From: an uncultured Actinomycetota bacterium
Lineage (GTDB): Bacteria; Actinomycetota; Actinomycetes; Propionibacteriales; Nocardioidaceae
Assembly: GCA_963698945.1 (NCBI GenBank)
Contig: CAVOST010000007.1
Span: 95,362 to 159,361 of the forward strand
Direction of reading: 5' to 3'
DNA: 64,000 bases
Position 1 is the stretch's first letter; every line of letters begins with the position of its first letter. A program made the position numbers and the translations under genes. Of the stretch, positions 53,690-62,132 are shown piece by piece. The notes beneath the pieces were generated by a model. That model saw only the letters and a list, made by a program, of their open reading frames with translations. It was not told the origin of the DNA and did not search any database.

Positions 53690-54067
53690 TCAGCGACGGC
53701 GGGAGGGAAAGACCGCCTCGAGGACCATCAGCGAGATCGAGATGACGATCGAGCCCCCCAGCGCCGTCCAGAAGCCGTCGACGTGGAAGCCCAGGTCGAG
53801 GGCGCCGGCGATGGCGCTCGTCAGCATCAGCATCAGTGCGTTGATGACCAGGAGCATCAGCCCGAGCGTGAGCACGATCAGCGGGATCGAGACGAAGGTG
53901 ACGAACGGCCGCACGAACGAGGTGATCAGGCCGAAGATCGCGCCGACCACGACGAGGGCCACGAGCTCGGAGGTGCGCGTCTTGCCGCTCAGCGTGATCC
54001 CACCGAACAGCCACACCGCGGCGCCCAACGCCAGGGCGTTCACGGCCAGCCAGCTCAGGAATCTCAT
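53690..54067 (-). CDS. 4-TMS 'phage holin family' (YvlD/DUF360) membrane protein
   Basis: 'VRPFVTFVSIPLIVLTLGLMLLVINALML', 'VDGFWTALGGSIVIS'. Confidence 0.85.
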   Translation of the reverse strand: MRFLSWLAVNALALGAAVWLFGGITLSGKTRTSELVALVVVGAIFGLITSFVRPFVTFVSIPLIVLTLGLMLLVINALMLMLTSAIAGALDLGFHVDGFWTALGGSIVISISLMVLEAVFPSRRR

Positions 54068-54093
54068 GCGCGCAGCGTAGTGAGGGCTCCCCG

Positions 54094-54774
54094 CTAGGCG
54101 CGGGAGGTCACCTCGTCGACCATCGACTCCTCCGCCTCCAGCAGGTGCGCCGTCAGCTCGCGCGCTGCTGCCTCGAGGTCACCGGCCTCCATCAGGTCGA
54201 TCAAGGACGAATGCGAGTGCACCTGCTCGGCCGCGTTCCCGCGGGTGCGGTCGACCTGGGCCAGGGCGAGCCGGACCTCGGAGTGCAGCGAGTCGGCGAA
54301 GGCGACCAGGCGCGCCGAGCCCGACAGGGCCGTGAGGGCTCGATGGACCTCGAGGTGGGCCGCGGTGAACTCCGCAGTGGTGCAGTCGCTCGTGCGCAGC
54401 TCGGAGTAGGTCGCCAGAGCCTGGCGTACGCCGTCGCGCTCGGCCTCGGAGGCCTCGGCCCAGCGCCGTACGCCGGCCGTCTCGATCACGCGCCTGGCCC
54501 GGCACACGTCGGAGACCTCGGCCGGGTCGAGTCGGCGGACCTGGGTGCCCTTGTTGGGCACGCGGTCGGCCAGACCCTCCGCGACCAGCATCCCCAGGGC
54601 TTCGCGCACGGTCGAGCGCGAGACGCCGAGCGCCTCGGTCAGCGCCACCTCGCGCAGCCGGGTCCCCGGCGGCAGCTCCCCCTCGAAGAGCGAGCGCCGC
54701 AGCTCCTCGGCCGCGCGGTCGACGGTGGAGACCGGCTCGAGGCTGAGCGAGGCGAACGGGCGTGTGGCGCTCAT
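54094..54774 (-). CDS. GntR (FCD) family regulator
   Basis: 'PGTRLREVAL..ALGVSRSTVREAL'. Confidence 0.9.
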   Translation of the reverse strand: MSATRPFASLSLEPVSTVDRAAEELRRSLFEGELPPGTRLREVALTEALGVSRSTVREALGMLVAEGLADRVPNKGTQVRRLDPAEVSDVCRARRVIETAGVRRWAEASEAERDGVRQALATYSELRTSDCTTAEFTAAHLEVHRALTALSGSARLVAFADSLHSEVRLALAQVDRTRGNAAEQVHSHSSLIDLMEAGDLEAAARELTAHLLEAEESMVDEVTSRA

Positions 54775-54782
54775 GACATGTC

Positions 54783-54853
54783 GATTGTCCGACAATCAGT
54801 TGCTTCCCGGCAATCCGTGCCGCACACTGGGATTGCCTGATTGTCAGACAATC
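54783..54853. promoter_or_regulatory. Two palindromic GntR operators
   Basis: GATTGTC-C-GACAATC (54783-54797) and GATTGTC-A-GACAATC (54839-54853). Confidence 0.75.
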
Positions 54854-54865
54854 CGAGGAGGGGAC

Positions 54866-55753
54866 ATGAGCACCGAACTTGCGTGGGGCCGGCACTACCT
54901 GCTGACCGAGCCGAACCACTTCCGCGTCGACTACGCGATCAACCCGTTCATGCACCTCGACGACCAGCCTGACCCGACCCGCACGCGCGCGCAGTGGCTC
55001 TCACTGGTGGCGGCCATCGAGGCGGCCGGCGCCACGGTCGAGGTGATCCCGCAGCTGCCGGACGCGCCGGACATGGTCTACGCGATGAACCTCGGCATGC
55101 CCCTGGTCGCGGCCGACGGCACCCGCCAGGTCGTGCTCTCGCACATGCGCTACCCGCAGCGCCGGATGGAGACGGCGGCGGCAGAGGAGTGGTTCGCCGC
55201 TCACGGCCACACCAGCCGGCGGATCGGCCGCGACGGGGTCGGCGCGTACTTCGAGGCCGGTGACGCCTTCGCCTTCCGCGGTGAGCTCGTCGTGGGCTAC
55301 GGCCCGCGGACCGAGGAGCTCGCGCTCAAGCACCTCGCCACCGACCTCGGTGTCAGCGTCCGTGGCGTCCGGATCGCGCACCCGGGGATGTACCACATGG
55401 ACCTCGGCTTCTGCCCCCTCGACGACACCCACGCGCTGGTCTGTCCGGAGGCGTACGACGACGCCAGCGCGGCCGCCCTGCTGGCGCTCGTGCCCGAGCC
55501 GCTGGTCCTCAGCGAGGCAGAGGCCATGACCTTCTGCGCCAACTCGGTCGTGATCGGCCGCACGATCCTGATGCCGGCGTGCCCGGACAGGGTGCGGACC
55601 CAGCTCGAGGCGTGGGGCTTCGAGGTCGTCGTCGTCGACGTGGGCGAGTTCCTCAAGGGTGGCGGCGCCGTCCGCTGCCTGAGCAACCCCCTCGACGTAC
55701 GGCTCGGGCGTGACCTCGAGCCGGTGCCCGGCGGGCGCGTCGTCCTCCCCTGA
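54866..55753 (+). CDS. Amidinotransferase/DDAH family protein
   Basis: 'YAINPFM', 'PDMVY', 'FEAGD', 'YHMD', 'KGGGAVRC'. Confidence 0.88.
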   Translation: MSTELAWGRHYLLTEPNHFRVDYAINPFMHLDDQPDPTRTRAQWLSLVAAIEAAGATVEVIPQLPDAPDMVYAMNLGMPLVAADGTRQVVLSHMRYPQRRMETAAAEEWFAAHGHTSRRIGRDGVGAYFEAGDAFAFRGELVVGYGPRTEELALKHLATDLGVSVRGVRIAHPGMYHMDLGFCPLDDTHALVCPEAYDDASAAALLALVPEPLVLSEAEAMTFCANSVVIGRTILMPACPDRVRTQLEAWGFEVVVVDVGEFLKGGGAVRCLSNPLDVRLGRDLEPVPGGRVVLP

Positions 55754-55761
55754 GTTGGGGC

Positions 55762-55845
55762 GGGCCCTTCGAGCGGGCCTTGCAGGCCCTCCTCAGGGAC
55801 CCGATCTCCGTCCCTTGCAGGCCCTCCTCAGGGACCCGATCTCCG
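55762..55845 (-). repeat. Palindromic repeat family A, copy 3, plus a 33-bp tandem partial duplication
   Basis: GGGCCCTTCGAGCGGGCCTTGCAGGCCCTCCTCAGGGACCC (55762-55802); 55778-55810 repeated exactly at 55813-55845. Confidence 0.9.
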
Positions 55846-55900
55846 CGCGTTGCCAGGCCCCTTCTTGGACGAGATCTAGGTTGCGAATGAGCGTGACGCC

Positions 55901-55941
55901 GGGTCCCTGAGGAGGTCGCGCAGCGACCGTCTCGAAGGGCC
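55901..55941 (+). repeat. Palindromic repeat family A, copy 4
   Basis: Identical to copy 1 over 41 bp. Confidence 0.95.
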
Positions 55942-55956
55942 GCCTAACCTGCTGGC

Positions 55957-57033
55957 ATGACCGCTCCCAAGCCGCGCTCGAGCGTCGCCACCATCCCGGC
56001 GTACGTCGCGGGCAAGCCGCCGCAGCCCCGACCGGGCCTGCCCGTGTTCAAGCTGTCCTCCAACGAGAACCCCTACCCGCCGTTGCCCGGGGTCGTGGAG
56101 GCCGCTGCGAAGGCGGTCGCGGCGATGAACCGCTACCCCGACATGGGCAACACCGCGCTGTACGAGGCCCTGGCCCGGCGGCTCGGGGTGCCGCAGGAGC
56201 GGCTGGCCGCCGGCACCGGCTCGGTCGCCGTGCTCTACCACCTGCTGCAGGCCTACTGCGAGCCCGGCGACGAGGTCGTCTACGCCTGGCGCTCCTTCGA
56301 GGCCTACCCGATCGCGGTCTCGGCGACCGGCGCCACGTCGGTGCAGGTGCCGGTCACCGCCGACGGTCGCCACGACCTCGAGGCCATGGCGGCGGCCGTC
56401 ACCGACCGGACCCGCGCGGTCGTCGTGTGCACGCCCAACAACCCGACAGGGCCCTCCGTGAGCCGCGCCGAGGTGCGTGGCCTGCTCGACGCGGTCCCAG
56501 GGCACGTGCTCGTGGTGCTCGACGAGGCCTACCGGGAGTTCGTGCGGACCAGCGACCCGGTCGACGGGCTCGAGCTCGTGGCCGACCGCCCCAACGTGGT
56601 GGTGATGCGCACCTTCGCCAAGGCCTACGGCCTCGCCGGCCTCCGGGTCGGCTACCTCGTCGCCCACGAGGAGGTGGCCGCGGCCGTGCGCGCGGTGGCG
56701 CTGCCCTTCGGCGTCTCGGGCGTCGCCCAGGCCGCGGCTGTCGCGAGCCTGGCCGCGGAGGACGAGCTGCTGGAGCGGGTGGCGGCCATCGTCGGGGAGC
56801 GCGAGCGAGTGGTCGCGGGCCTGGCCGGGCAGGGCTGGCAGGTCCCCGAGGCGCAGGGCAACTTCGTGTGGCTGCCGCTGGGCGAGGCGGCGCTGGACTT
56901 CGCCGCGGCGGCCGAGTCCGCGGGCATCACGGTCCGGCCGTTCGCCGGCGACGGTGTGCGCGTCAGCATCGGTGAGCCCGACGCGAACGACGTCTTCCTC
57001 GAGGTCGCGGCCGGCTGGCTCACCTCGCGCTGA
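55957..57033 (+). CDS. Histidinol-phosphate/phenylalanine aminotransferase (Pat/HisC2 type)
   Basis: 'KLSSNENP', 'NRYPD', 'WRSFEAY', 'PNNPTG', 'DEAY', '[16 protein letters not shown]'. Confidence 0.9.
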   Translation: MTAPKPRSSVATIPAYVAGKPPQPRPGLPVFKLSSNENPYPPLPGVVEAAAKAVAAMNRYPDMGNTALYEALARRLGVPQERLAAGTGSVAVLYHLLQAYCEPGDEVVYAWRSFEAYPIAVSATGATSVQVPVTADGRHDLEAMAAAVTDRTRAVVVCTPNNPTGPSVSRAEVRGLLDAVPGHVLVVLDEAYREFVRTSDPVDGLELVADRPNVVVMRTFAKAYGLAGLRVGYLVAHEEVAAAVRAVALPFGVSGVAQAAAVASLAAEDELLERVAAIVGERERVVAGLAGQGWQVPEAQGNFVWLPLGEAALDFAAAAESAGITVRPFAGDGVRVSIGEPDANDVFLEVAAGWLTSR

Positions 57034-57054
57034 GCCCTCTGGGCCGCGAGGCAC

Positions 57055-57094
57055 GCCCTTCGAGACGGTCGCTGCGCGACCTCCTCAGGGACCC
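57055..57094 (-). repeat. Palindromic repeat family A, copy 5
   Basis: Exact reverse complement of copies 1 and 4 over 40 bp. Confidence 0.95.
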
Positions 57095-57122
57095 TGTCGG
57101 TGGTCGGGTCCATGCTCGCGAC

Positions 57123-58001
57123 ATGGCCGGCTTCACCCTCCACCCCCAGGGCTCGTTCGCGCTGAAGGAGTCAGTCGAGTTCGGCTTCGGGCAGCGGCAC
57201 TCCGAGCGCTTCACCGGCTCGATGCGGCTGGCCTTCGTGCTCGACGGCAACGTCGAGCAGGTCGGTGTGGTCCTCCGCCAGGACCCTGACGCCGAGGTGG
57301 GGGCGGTGCACGGCGACGTGCACGGTGACGCCGACCCGGTGCTGGTCGAGCGGCAGGTCGCCCGGATCCTGTCGCTCGACCACGACGGCCGGCCCTACGA
57401 CGAGGTCGCGGACCGCGACCCGGTGGTCGCGAAGCTGCAGGCACTCCACCCGGGGCTGCGACCGCCGCTGTTCCACTCGCCCTACGAGGCCGCGGTGTGG
57501 GCGATCATCTCCACCCGGCGCCAACCCGAGGCGGCTGCCTCCGTGCGGGAGGCGCTGTCCCGTTCGGCCGGGCGGGTCTTCGAGCTCGAGGGGGAGGAGC
57601 TGGCCGCCCTCCCGACCCCCGACCAGCTGCTCGAGGTCGACGCCGTGGCGGGGCTGCCGCAGGAGCGTCTCGCGCGGTTGCACGCTCTCGCGGCGTTCGC
57701 GCGCGACGGTGGCCTCGACGCCGACCGCCTCCGTGCGATGGGTCCCGAGCAGGCGACCGAGTGGGTGCAGCAGGCCAAGGGGATCGGACCGTTCTACGCC
57801 TCGCTGATCGTCGTACGCGCCGTCGGCTTCACCGACGTGCTGGTCGACCGGGAGCCGAGGCTGCTCTCCCTGGTGCAGCGGCTCTACGGCCTCGAAGGGC
57901 CGCCCGACCCGGGGCGGCTGGCCGACCTCGCCCAGCCGTGGCGGCCGATGCGGACCTGGGTGGCAGTGCTCGTGAGGCGGGCCGGGGCGCAACTGGTCTG
58001 A
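57123..58001 (+). CDS. DNA-3-methyladenine glycosylase II (AlkA-like, HhH-GPD)
   Basis: 'PGLRPPLFHSPYEA', HhH 'KGIGPF', 'WRPMRTW'. Confidence 0.82.
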   Translation: MAGFTLHPQGSFALKESVEFGFGQRHSERFTGSMRLAFVLDGNVEQVGVVLRQDPDAEVGAVHGDVHGDADPVLVERQVARILSLDHDGRPYDEVADRDPVVAKLQALHPGLRPPLFHSPYEAAVWAIISTRRQPEAAASVREALSRSAGRVFELEGEELAALPTPDQLLEVDAVAGLPQERLARLHALAAFARDGGLDADRLRAMGPEQATEWVQQAKGIGPFYASLIVVRAVGFTDVLVDREPRLLSLVQRLYGLEGPPDPGRLADLAQPWRPMRTWVAVLVRRAGAQLV

Positions 58002-58099
58002 GCCAGTCGCCGGATTGACTCTTCCCCTGCGGGGGGTTCCGTCCTACTGTTTCCACTGAAAACCGCGGGATCCGTTGCGTATTCGAGAGAGATCACGCC

Positions 58100-59785
58100 A
58101 TGACCACGACGGAATCAGTAGAACGCGAGAGCAAGGGTCTCAAGGCCGGCGCCCTCGGCCTGATCGGCAGCATCGTCATCGGCATCGCCTCGACGGCCCC
58201 GGCCTACAGCCTCGCGGCCAGCCTCGGCTACGTGGTCATCGTCGAGAACGGCGACGGGATCGTGGGCGTGAAGGCGCCGCTGATCATGGTGGTGGCGTTC
58301 GTCCCGATGTACTTCATCGCGGTGGCCTACTCCGAGCTCAACAAGGTCGAGCCCGACTGCGGCACCACCTTCACCTGGGCGGCTCGCGCGTTCGGCACCC
58401 GCACCGGTTGGTTGGGTGGCTGGGGGATCATCGCCGCCGACGTCATCGTGATGGCGAACCTCTCCCAGATCGCCGGCTCCTACTCGTTCGCCCTGGTGGG
58501 CGCCGACACCCTGGCGGCGAGCACCTTCTGGAGCACGGTCGCCGGGATCATCTGGATCGCCGTGATGACCTACATCTGCTATCGCGGCATCGAGGTCTCC
58601 GCGCGGATGCAGTACTGCCTGCTCGGCATCGAGATCGTGACGCTGGTGGCGTTCGCGCTGTTCGCCCTGGTCAAGGTCTACAACGGCACCGCCCCGGCCG
58701 GCCTCAAGCCGTCCCTCTCCTGGCTCTCGCCGTCAGGGTTGAGCATCACTGCCATCGTCTCGGCCACGCTGATCGCAGTGTTCATCTACTGGGGCTGGGA
58801 CACCGCGGTGGCGGTCAACGAGGAGTCCGACGACCCGGGCCGTACGCCGGGCCGGGCCGCGATCATGTCGACGGTGCTGCTCCTCATCACCTACGCGCTG
58901 GTCTCGGTCGCCACCATCGCCTTCGCGGGCGTGGGTACCACCGGCATCGGACTCGGCAACGTGGACAACGCCGACGACGTGTTCGCGGCGATGGGCCACG
59001 AGGTGTTCGGCGGCGGCACCGTCGGCTGGCTCATGGTGCACCTGCTGGCGATCTGCGTGCTCACCTCGGCTTCCGCGTCGACCCAGACCACGATCCTGCC
59101 GACCGCCCGCACCAGCCTCTCCATGGCCGCGTTCAAGGCGATCCCGGGCCGCTTCGCGCGGATCCACCCGAAGTACCTCACGCCCACCGACTCCACGATC
59201 TGGATGGGCGCGGTCTCGATCATCTTCTACGTCGGCCTGACCCTGGTCAGCGAGAACATCCTGGCCGACACCATCGCCGCCGTGGGCCTGATGATCGCGT
59301 TCTACTACGGCCTGACCGGCTTCGCCTGCGTGTGGTTCTACCGCAAGACCATGTGGGACAAGCCGCGCGACATCCTGATGCAGGGGATCATCCCCCTCCT
59401 CGGCGGCCTGATCCTGGTGGTGTTCTTCTTCATCGCCTGCAACACCTACGCCGACCCCGACTACGGGTACACCAGCATCGGCAACATCGGCGGTGTGTTC
59501 ATCATCGGCATCGGCTCGCTGCTGCTCGGCGTGGTGCTGATGTTCGTCTACCAGGCGATCGCGCCGGCGTACTTCCGTGGCGAGACGCTGCCGAAGCGCG
59601 ACTCCGGTGACCTGGTGCTCGTCGGTGGCGGCGGCAAGCCGACCGGCGTGCGGCTGCCGGACTCCGCCGAGCGCACCGTCATCGCGCCGGACCTCTCCAA
59701 CCTGCCGCCCGGCGAGACGGCGATCGACCCCGCCACCGGCGAGAAGATCCAGCGACCGGATCCGGAGGACCAACCGGGGGACTGA
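58100..59785 (+). CDS. APC family amino acid/polyamine permease
   Basis: About 12 TM segments; 'ASTAPAYS', 'PDCGTTFTW', 'YWGWD', 'IHPKYLTP'. Confidence 0.9.
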   Translation: MTTTESVERESKGLKAGALGLIGSIVIGIASTAPAYSLAASLGYVVIVENGDGIVGVKAPLIMVVAFVPMYFIAVAYSELNKVEPDCGTTFTWAARAFGTRTGWLGGWGIIAADVIVMANLSQIAGSYSFALVGADTLAASTFWSTVAGIIWIAVMTYICYRGIEVSARMQYCLLGIEIVTLVAFALFALVKVYNGTAPAGLKPSLSWLSPSGLSITAIVSATLIAVFIYWGWDTAVAVNEESDDPGRTPGRAAIMSTVLLLITYALVSVATIAFAGVGTTGIGLGNVDNADDVFAAMGHEVFGGGTVGWLMVHLLAICVLTSASASTQTTILPTARTSLSMAAFKAIPGRFARIHPKYLTPTDSTIWMGAVSIIFYVGLTLVSENILADTIAAVGLMIAFYYGLTGFACVWFYRKTMWDKPRDILMQGIIPLLGGLILVVFFFIACNTYADPDYGYTSIGNIGGVFIIGIGSLLLGVVLMFVYQAIAPAYFRGETLPKRDSGDLVLVGGGGKPTGVRLPDSAERTVIAPDLSNLPPGETAIDPATGEKIQRPDPEDQPGD

Positions 59786-59814
59786 CGGGGGGACACGGGG
59801 GAACGGGGGAAACA

Positions 59815-59862
59815 AGTCGAGTGCCGAGGTGGTGCCCAGAGAACCCACCTTGGCACTCGACT
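59815..59862 (+). terminator. 18-bp stem hairpin after the permease (terminator or REP-like)
   Basis: AGTCGAGTGCCGAGGTGG / CCACCTTGGCACTCGACT, 17/18 Watson-Crick plus one G-U; no U-tract. Confidence 0.6.
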
Positions 59863-59997
59863 CTCCTGTCCGGTTGATCCCGCGATAAGTTGTGGTCCGG
59901 CTCACAGGGCGAGCCACCCATTCGCCCGAGTGAGCCCAGGAGACAACGGAGCCAGCGGCGGAGACCCCGCAGCGCGCCCACCGGACAGGAGCGACCC

Positions 59998-61149
59998 ATG
60001 AGCCAGCCCATCGGGCCCGACCTCGTCGAGGTCTTCGGGCCCTCCCAGCAGGACGGCGGTCCCCAGCTCGTCCAGCTGCTGACGCCCGAGGGCGAGCGGG
60101 TGCACCATCCCGACTTCGACCTCGAGTTCACCGCAGAGCAGCTGCGTGGCTTCTACCGCGACATGGTGCTGACCCGGCGCATCGACACCGAGTCGACCGC
60201 GCTGCAGCGCCACGGTGAGCTCGGCATCTGGGCCCAGCTGCTCGGCCAGGAGGCGGCCCAGATCGGCTCCGGTCGCGCGCTGCGCCAGCAGGACTACGTC
60301 TTCCCGACCTACCGCGAGCACGGGGTCGCCTGGTGCCGCGGCGTCGACCCGCTGAAGCTGCTCGGGCTGTTCCGTGGCGTCGACCAGGGCAACTGGGACC
60401 CCTTCGAGCACAACTTCGGCAACTACACGATCGTGATCGGCGCCCAGACCCTGCACGCGACCGGCTACGCCATGGGCGTGCAGCGCGACGGGGCGGTCGG
60501 CACCGGCGACCCCGATCGGGACACCGCCGTCGTGGCCTACTTCGGTGACGGCGCGAGCAGCCAGGGCGACGTCAACGAGTCCTTCATCTTCGCGGCGTCG
60601 TACAACGCGCCCGTGGTGTTCTTCTGCCAGAACAACCAGTGGGCGATCTCCGAGCCCATCGAGCGCCAGACCAGGATCCCGCTCTACCAGCGGGCCCTCG
60701 GTTTCGGCTTCCCGGGCGTGCGGGTCGACGGCAATGACGTGCTCGCGACGTACGCCGTGACGCAGGCCGCCTTGCAGCGCGCCCGCGAGGGGAGCGGCCC
60801 GACCCTCGTGGAGGCCTACACCTACCGGATGGGTGCCCACACCACGACCGACGACCCCACGCGCTACCGCCTCTCCGAGGACGTCGAGACCTGGAAGCTC
60901 AAGGACCCGATCGCCAGGCTCGAGGTGTACCTGCGGCGCAACGGCCTGGTCGACGACGACTTCATCGGCACGCTCCAGCAGGAGGCTGCCGACCTCGGCG
61001 CCCACCTGCGCGAGGGCTGCAAGGCGCTGGTCGACCCGGACCCGCGACTGGTCTTCGACCACGTCTTCGCCGAGTCGACGGAGGAGCTCGCGGCGCAGAA
61101 GGCCGGCTTCGCGGAGTACCTCGACTCCTTCGAGGAGGCCCACTCATGA
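59998..61149 (+). CDS. pdhA: Pyruvate/branched-chain 2-oxoacid dehydrogenase E1 alpha
   Basis: 'GQEAAQ', TPP motif 'FGDGA...NN', 'YRMGAHTTTDDP'. Confidence 0.92.
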   Translation: MSQPIGPDLVEVFGPSQQDGGPQLVQLLTPEGERVHHPDFDLEFTAEQLRGFYRDMVLTRRIDTESTALQRHGELGIWAQLLGQEAAQIGSGRALRQQDYVFPTYREHGVAWCRGVDPLKLLGLFRGVDQGNWDPFEHNFGNYTIVIGAQTLHATGYAMGVQRDGAVGTGDPDRDTAVVAYFGDGASSQGDVNESFIFAASYNAPVVFFCQNNQWAISEPIERQTRIPLYQRALGFGFPGVRVDGNDVLATYAVTQAALQRAREGSGPTLVEAYTYRMGAHTTTDDPTRYRLSEDVETWKLKDPIARLEVYLRRNGLVDDDFIGTLQQEAADLGAHLREGCKALVDPDPRLVFDHVFAESTEELAAQKAGFAEYLDSFEEAHS

Positions 61150-62123
61150 GCAAGGTGACGCTGGCCAAGGCCCTGAACTCCGGGCTGCGCAAGGCCATGG
61201 AGGACGACCCCAAGGTCCTGATCATGGGCGAGGACGTCGGCAAGCTCGGTGGCGTCTTCCGGATCACCGACGGCCTGCAGAAGGACTTCGGCGAGGACCG
61301 CGTGATCGACTCGCCGCTGGCCGAGTCCGGCATCCTCGGCACCGCCGTGGGGCTGGCCATCCGCGGCTACCGGCCGGTCTGCGAGATCCAGTTCGACGGC
61401 TTCGTCTACCCGGCCTACGACCAGATCGTCAGCCAGGTCGCGAAGATGCACTTCCGCACGCAGGGCAAGGTCCGCATGCCGATGGTCGTCCGGATCCCGT
61501 TCGGCGGGGGCATCGGCGCGGTCGAGCACCACTCCGAGAGCCCCGAGGCGCAGTTCGCCCACACGCCCGGCCTCAAGGTCGTCGCCTGCTCGAACCCGGT
61601 CGACGGCTACTGGATGATCCAGCAGGCCATCGCGTGCGACGACCCGGTGATCTTCCTGGAGCCCAAGCGGCAGTACCACGCCGACAAGGCCGAGCTCGAC
61701 GAGGGCGCCACCCCGCTGCCGCTGTTCTCCACCCACGTCGTGCGCCGCGGCACCGACATCACCGTGATCGCCTACGGGCCCACGGTGAAGACGGCGCTCA
61801 AGGCGGCCGAGGCCGCGTCGGGCGAGGGCCGGTCGATCGAGGTGGTCGACCTGCGCACGCTGTCGCCGCTCGACATGGGGCCGGTTCTCGAGTCGGTACG
61901 ACGCACCGGGCGCGCCGTCGTCGTCCACGAGGCCCACGTCAACCTCGGCATGGGTGCCGAGGTCGCGGCCCGGATCACCGAGGAGTGCTTCTACTCGCTG
62001 GAGGCGCCGGTGCTGCGCGTCGGCGGCTTCGACACCCCGTACCCGCCCTCCCGCATCGAGGAGGAGTGGCTCCCCGACCTCGACCGGGTCCTGGACGCCG
62101 TCGACCGGACCTTCACCTTCTAG
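61146..62123 (+). CDS. pdhB: 2-oxoacid dehydrogenase E1 beta
   Basis: 'GEDVGKLGGVFR', 'DSPLAE', 'EIQF', 'EHHS', 'DLRTLSPLD'. Confidence 0.92.
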   Translation: MSKVTLAKALNSGLRKAMEDDPKVLIMGEDVGKLGGVFRITDGLQKDFGEDRVIDSPLAESGILGTAVGLAIRGYRPVCEIQFDGFVYPAYDQIVSQVAKMHFRTQGKVRMPMVVRIPFGGGIGAVEHHSESPEAQFAHTPGLKVVACSNPVDGYWMIQQAIACDDPVIFLEPKRQYHADKAELDEGATPLPLFSTHVVRRGTDITVIAYGPTVKTALKAAEAASGEGRSIEVVDLRTLSPLDMGPVLESVRRTGRAVVVHEAHVNLGMGAEVAARITEECFYSLEAPVLRVGGFDTPYPPSRIEEEWLPDLDRVLDAVDRTFTF

Positions 62124-62132
62124 GAGCGTGGC

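Noticed and set aside
53690-54067. 'Phage holin' as evidence of a prophage
   Set aside because: YvlD/DUF360-type proteins are ordinary chromosomal genes in actinobacteria; no phage genes are nearby.
55762-55941. Possible CRISPR mini-array
   Set aside because: Only a 33-bp tandem duplication with a 2-bp gap and inverted copies; no unique spacers or cas genes.
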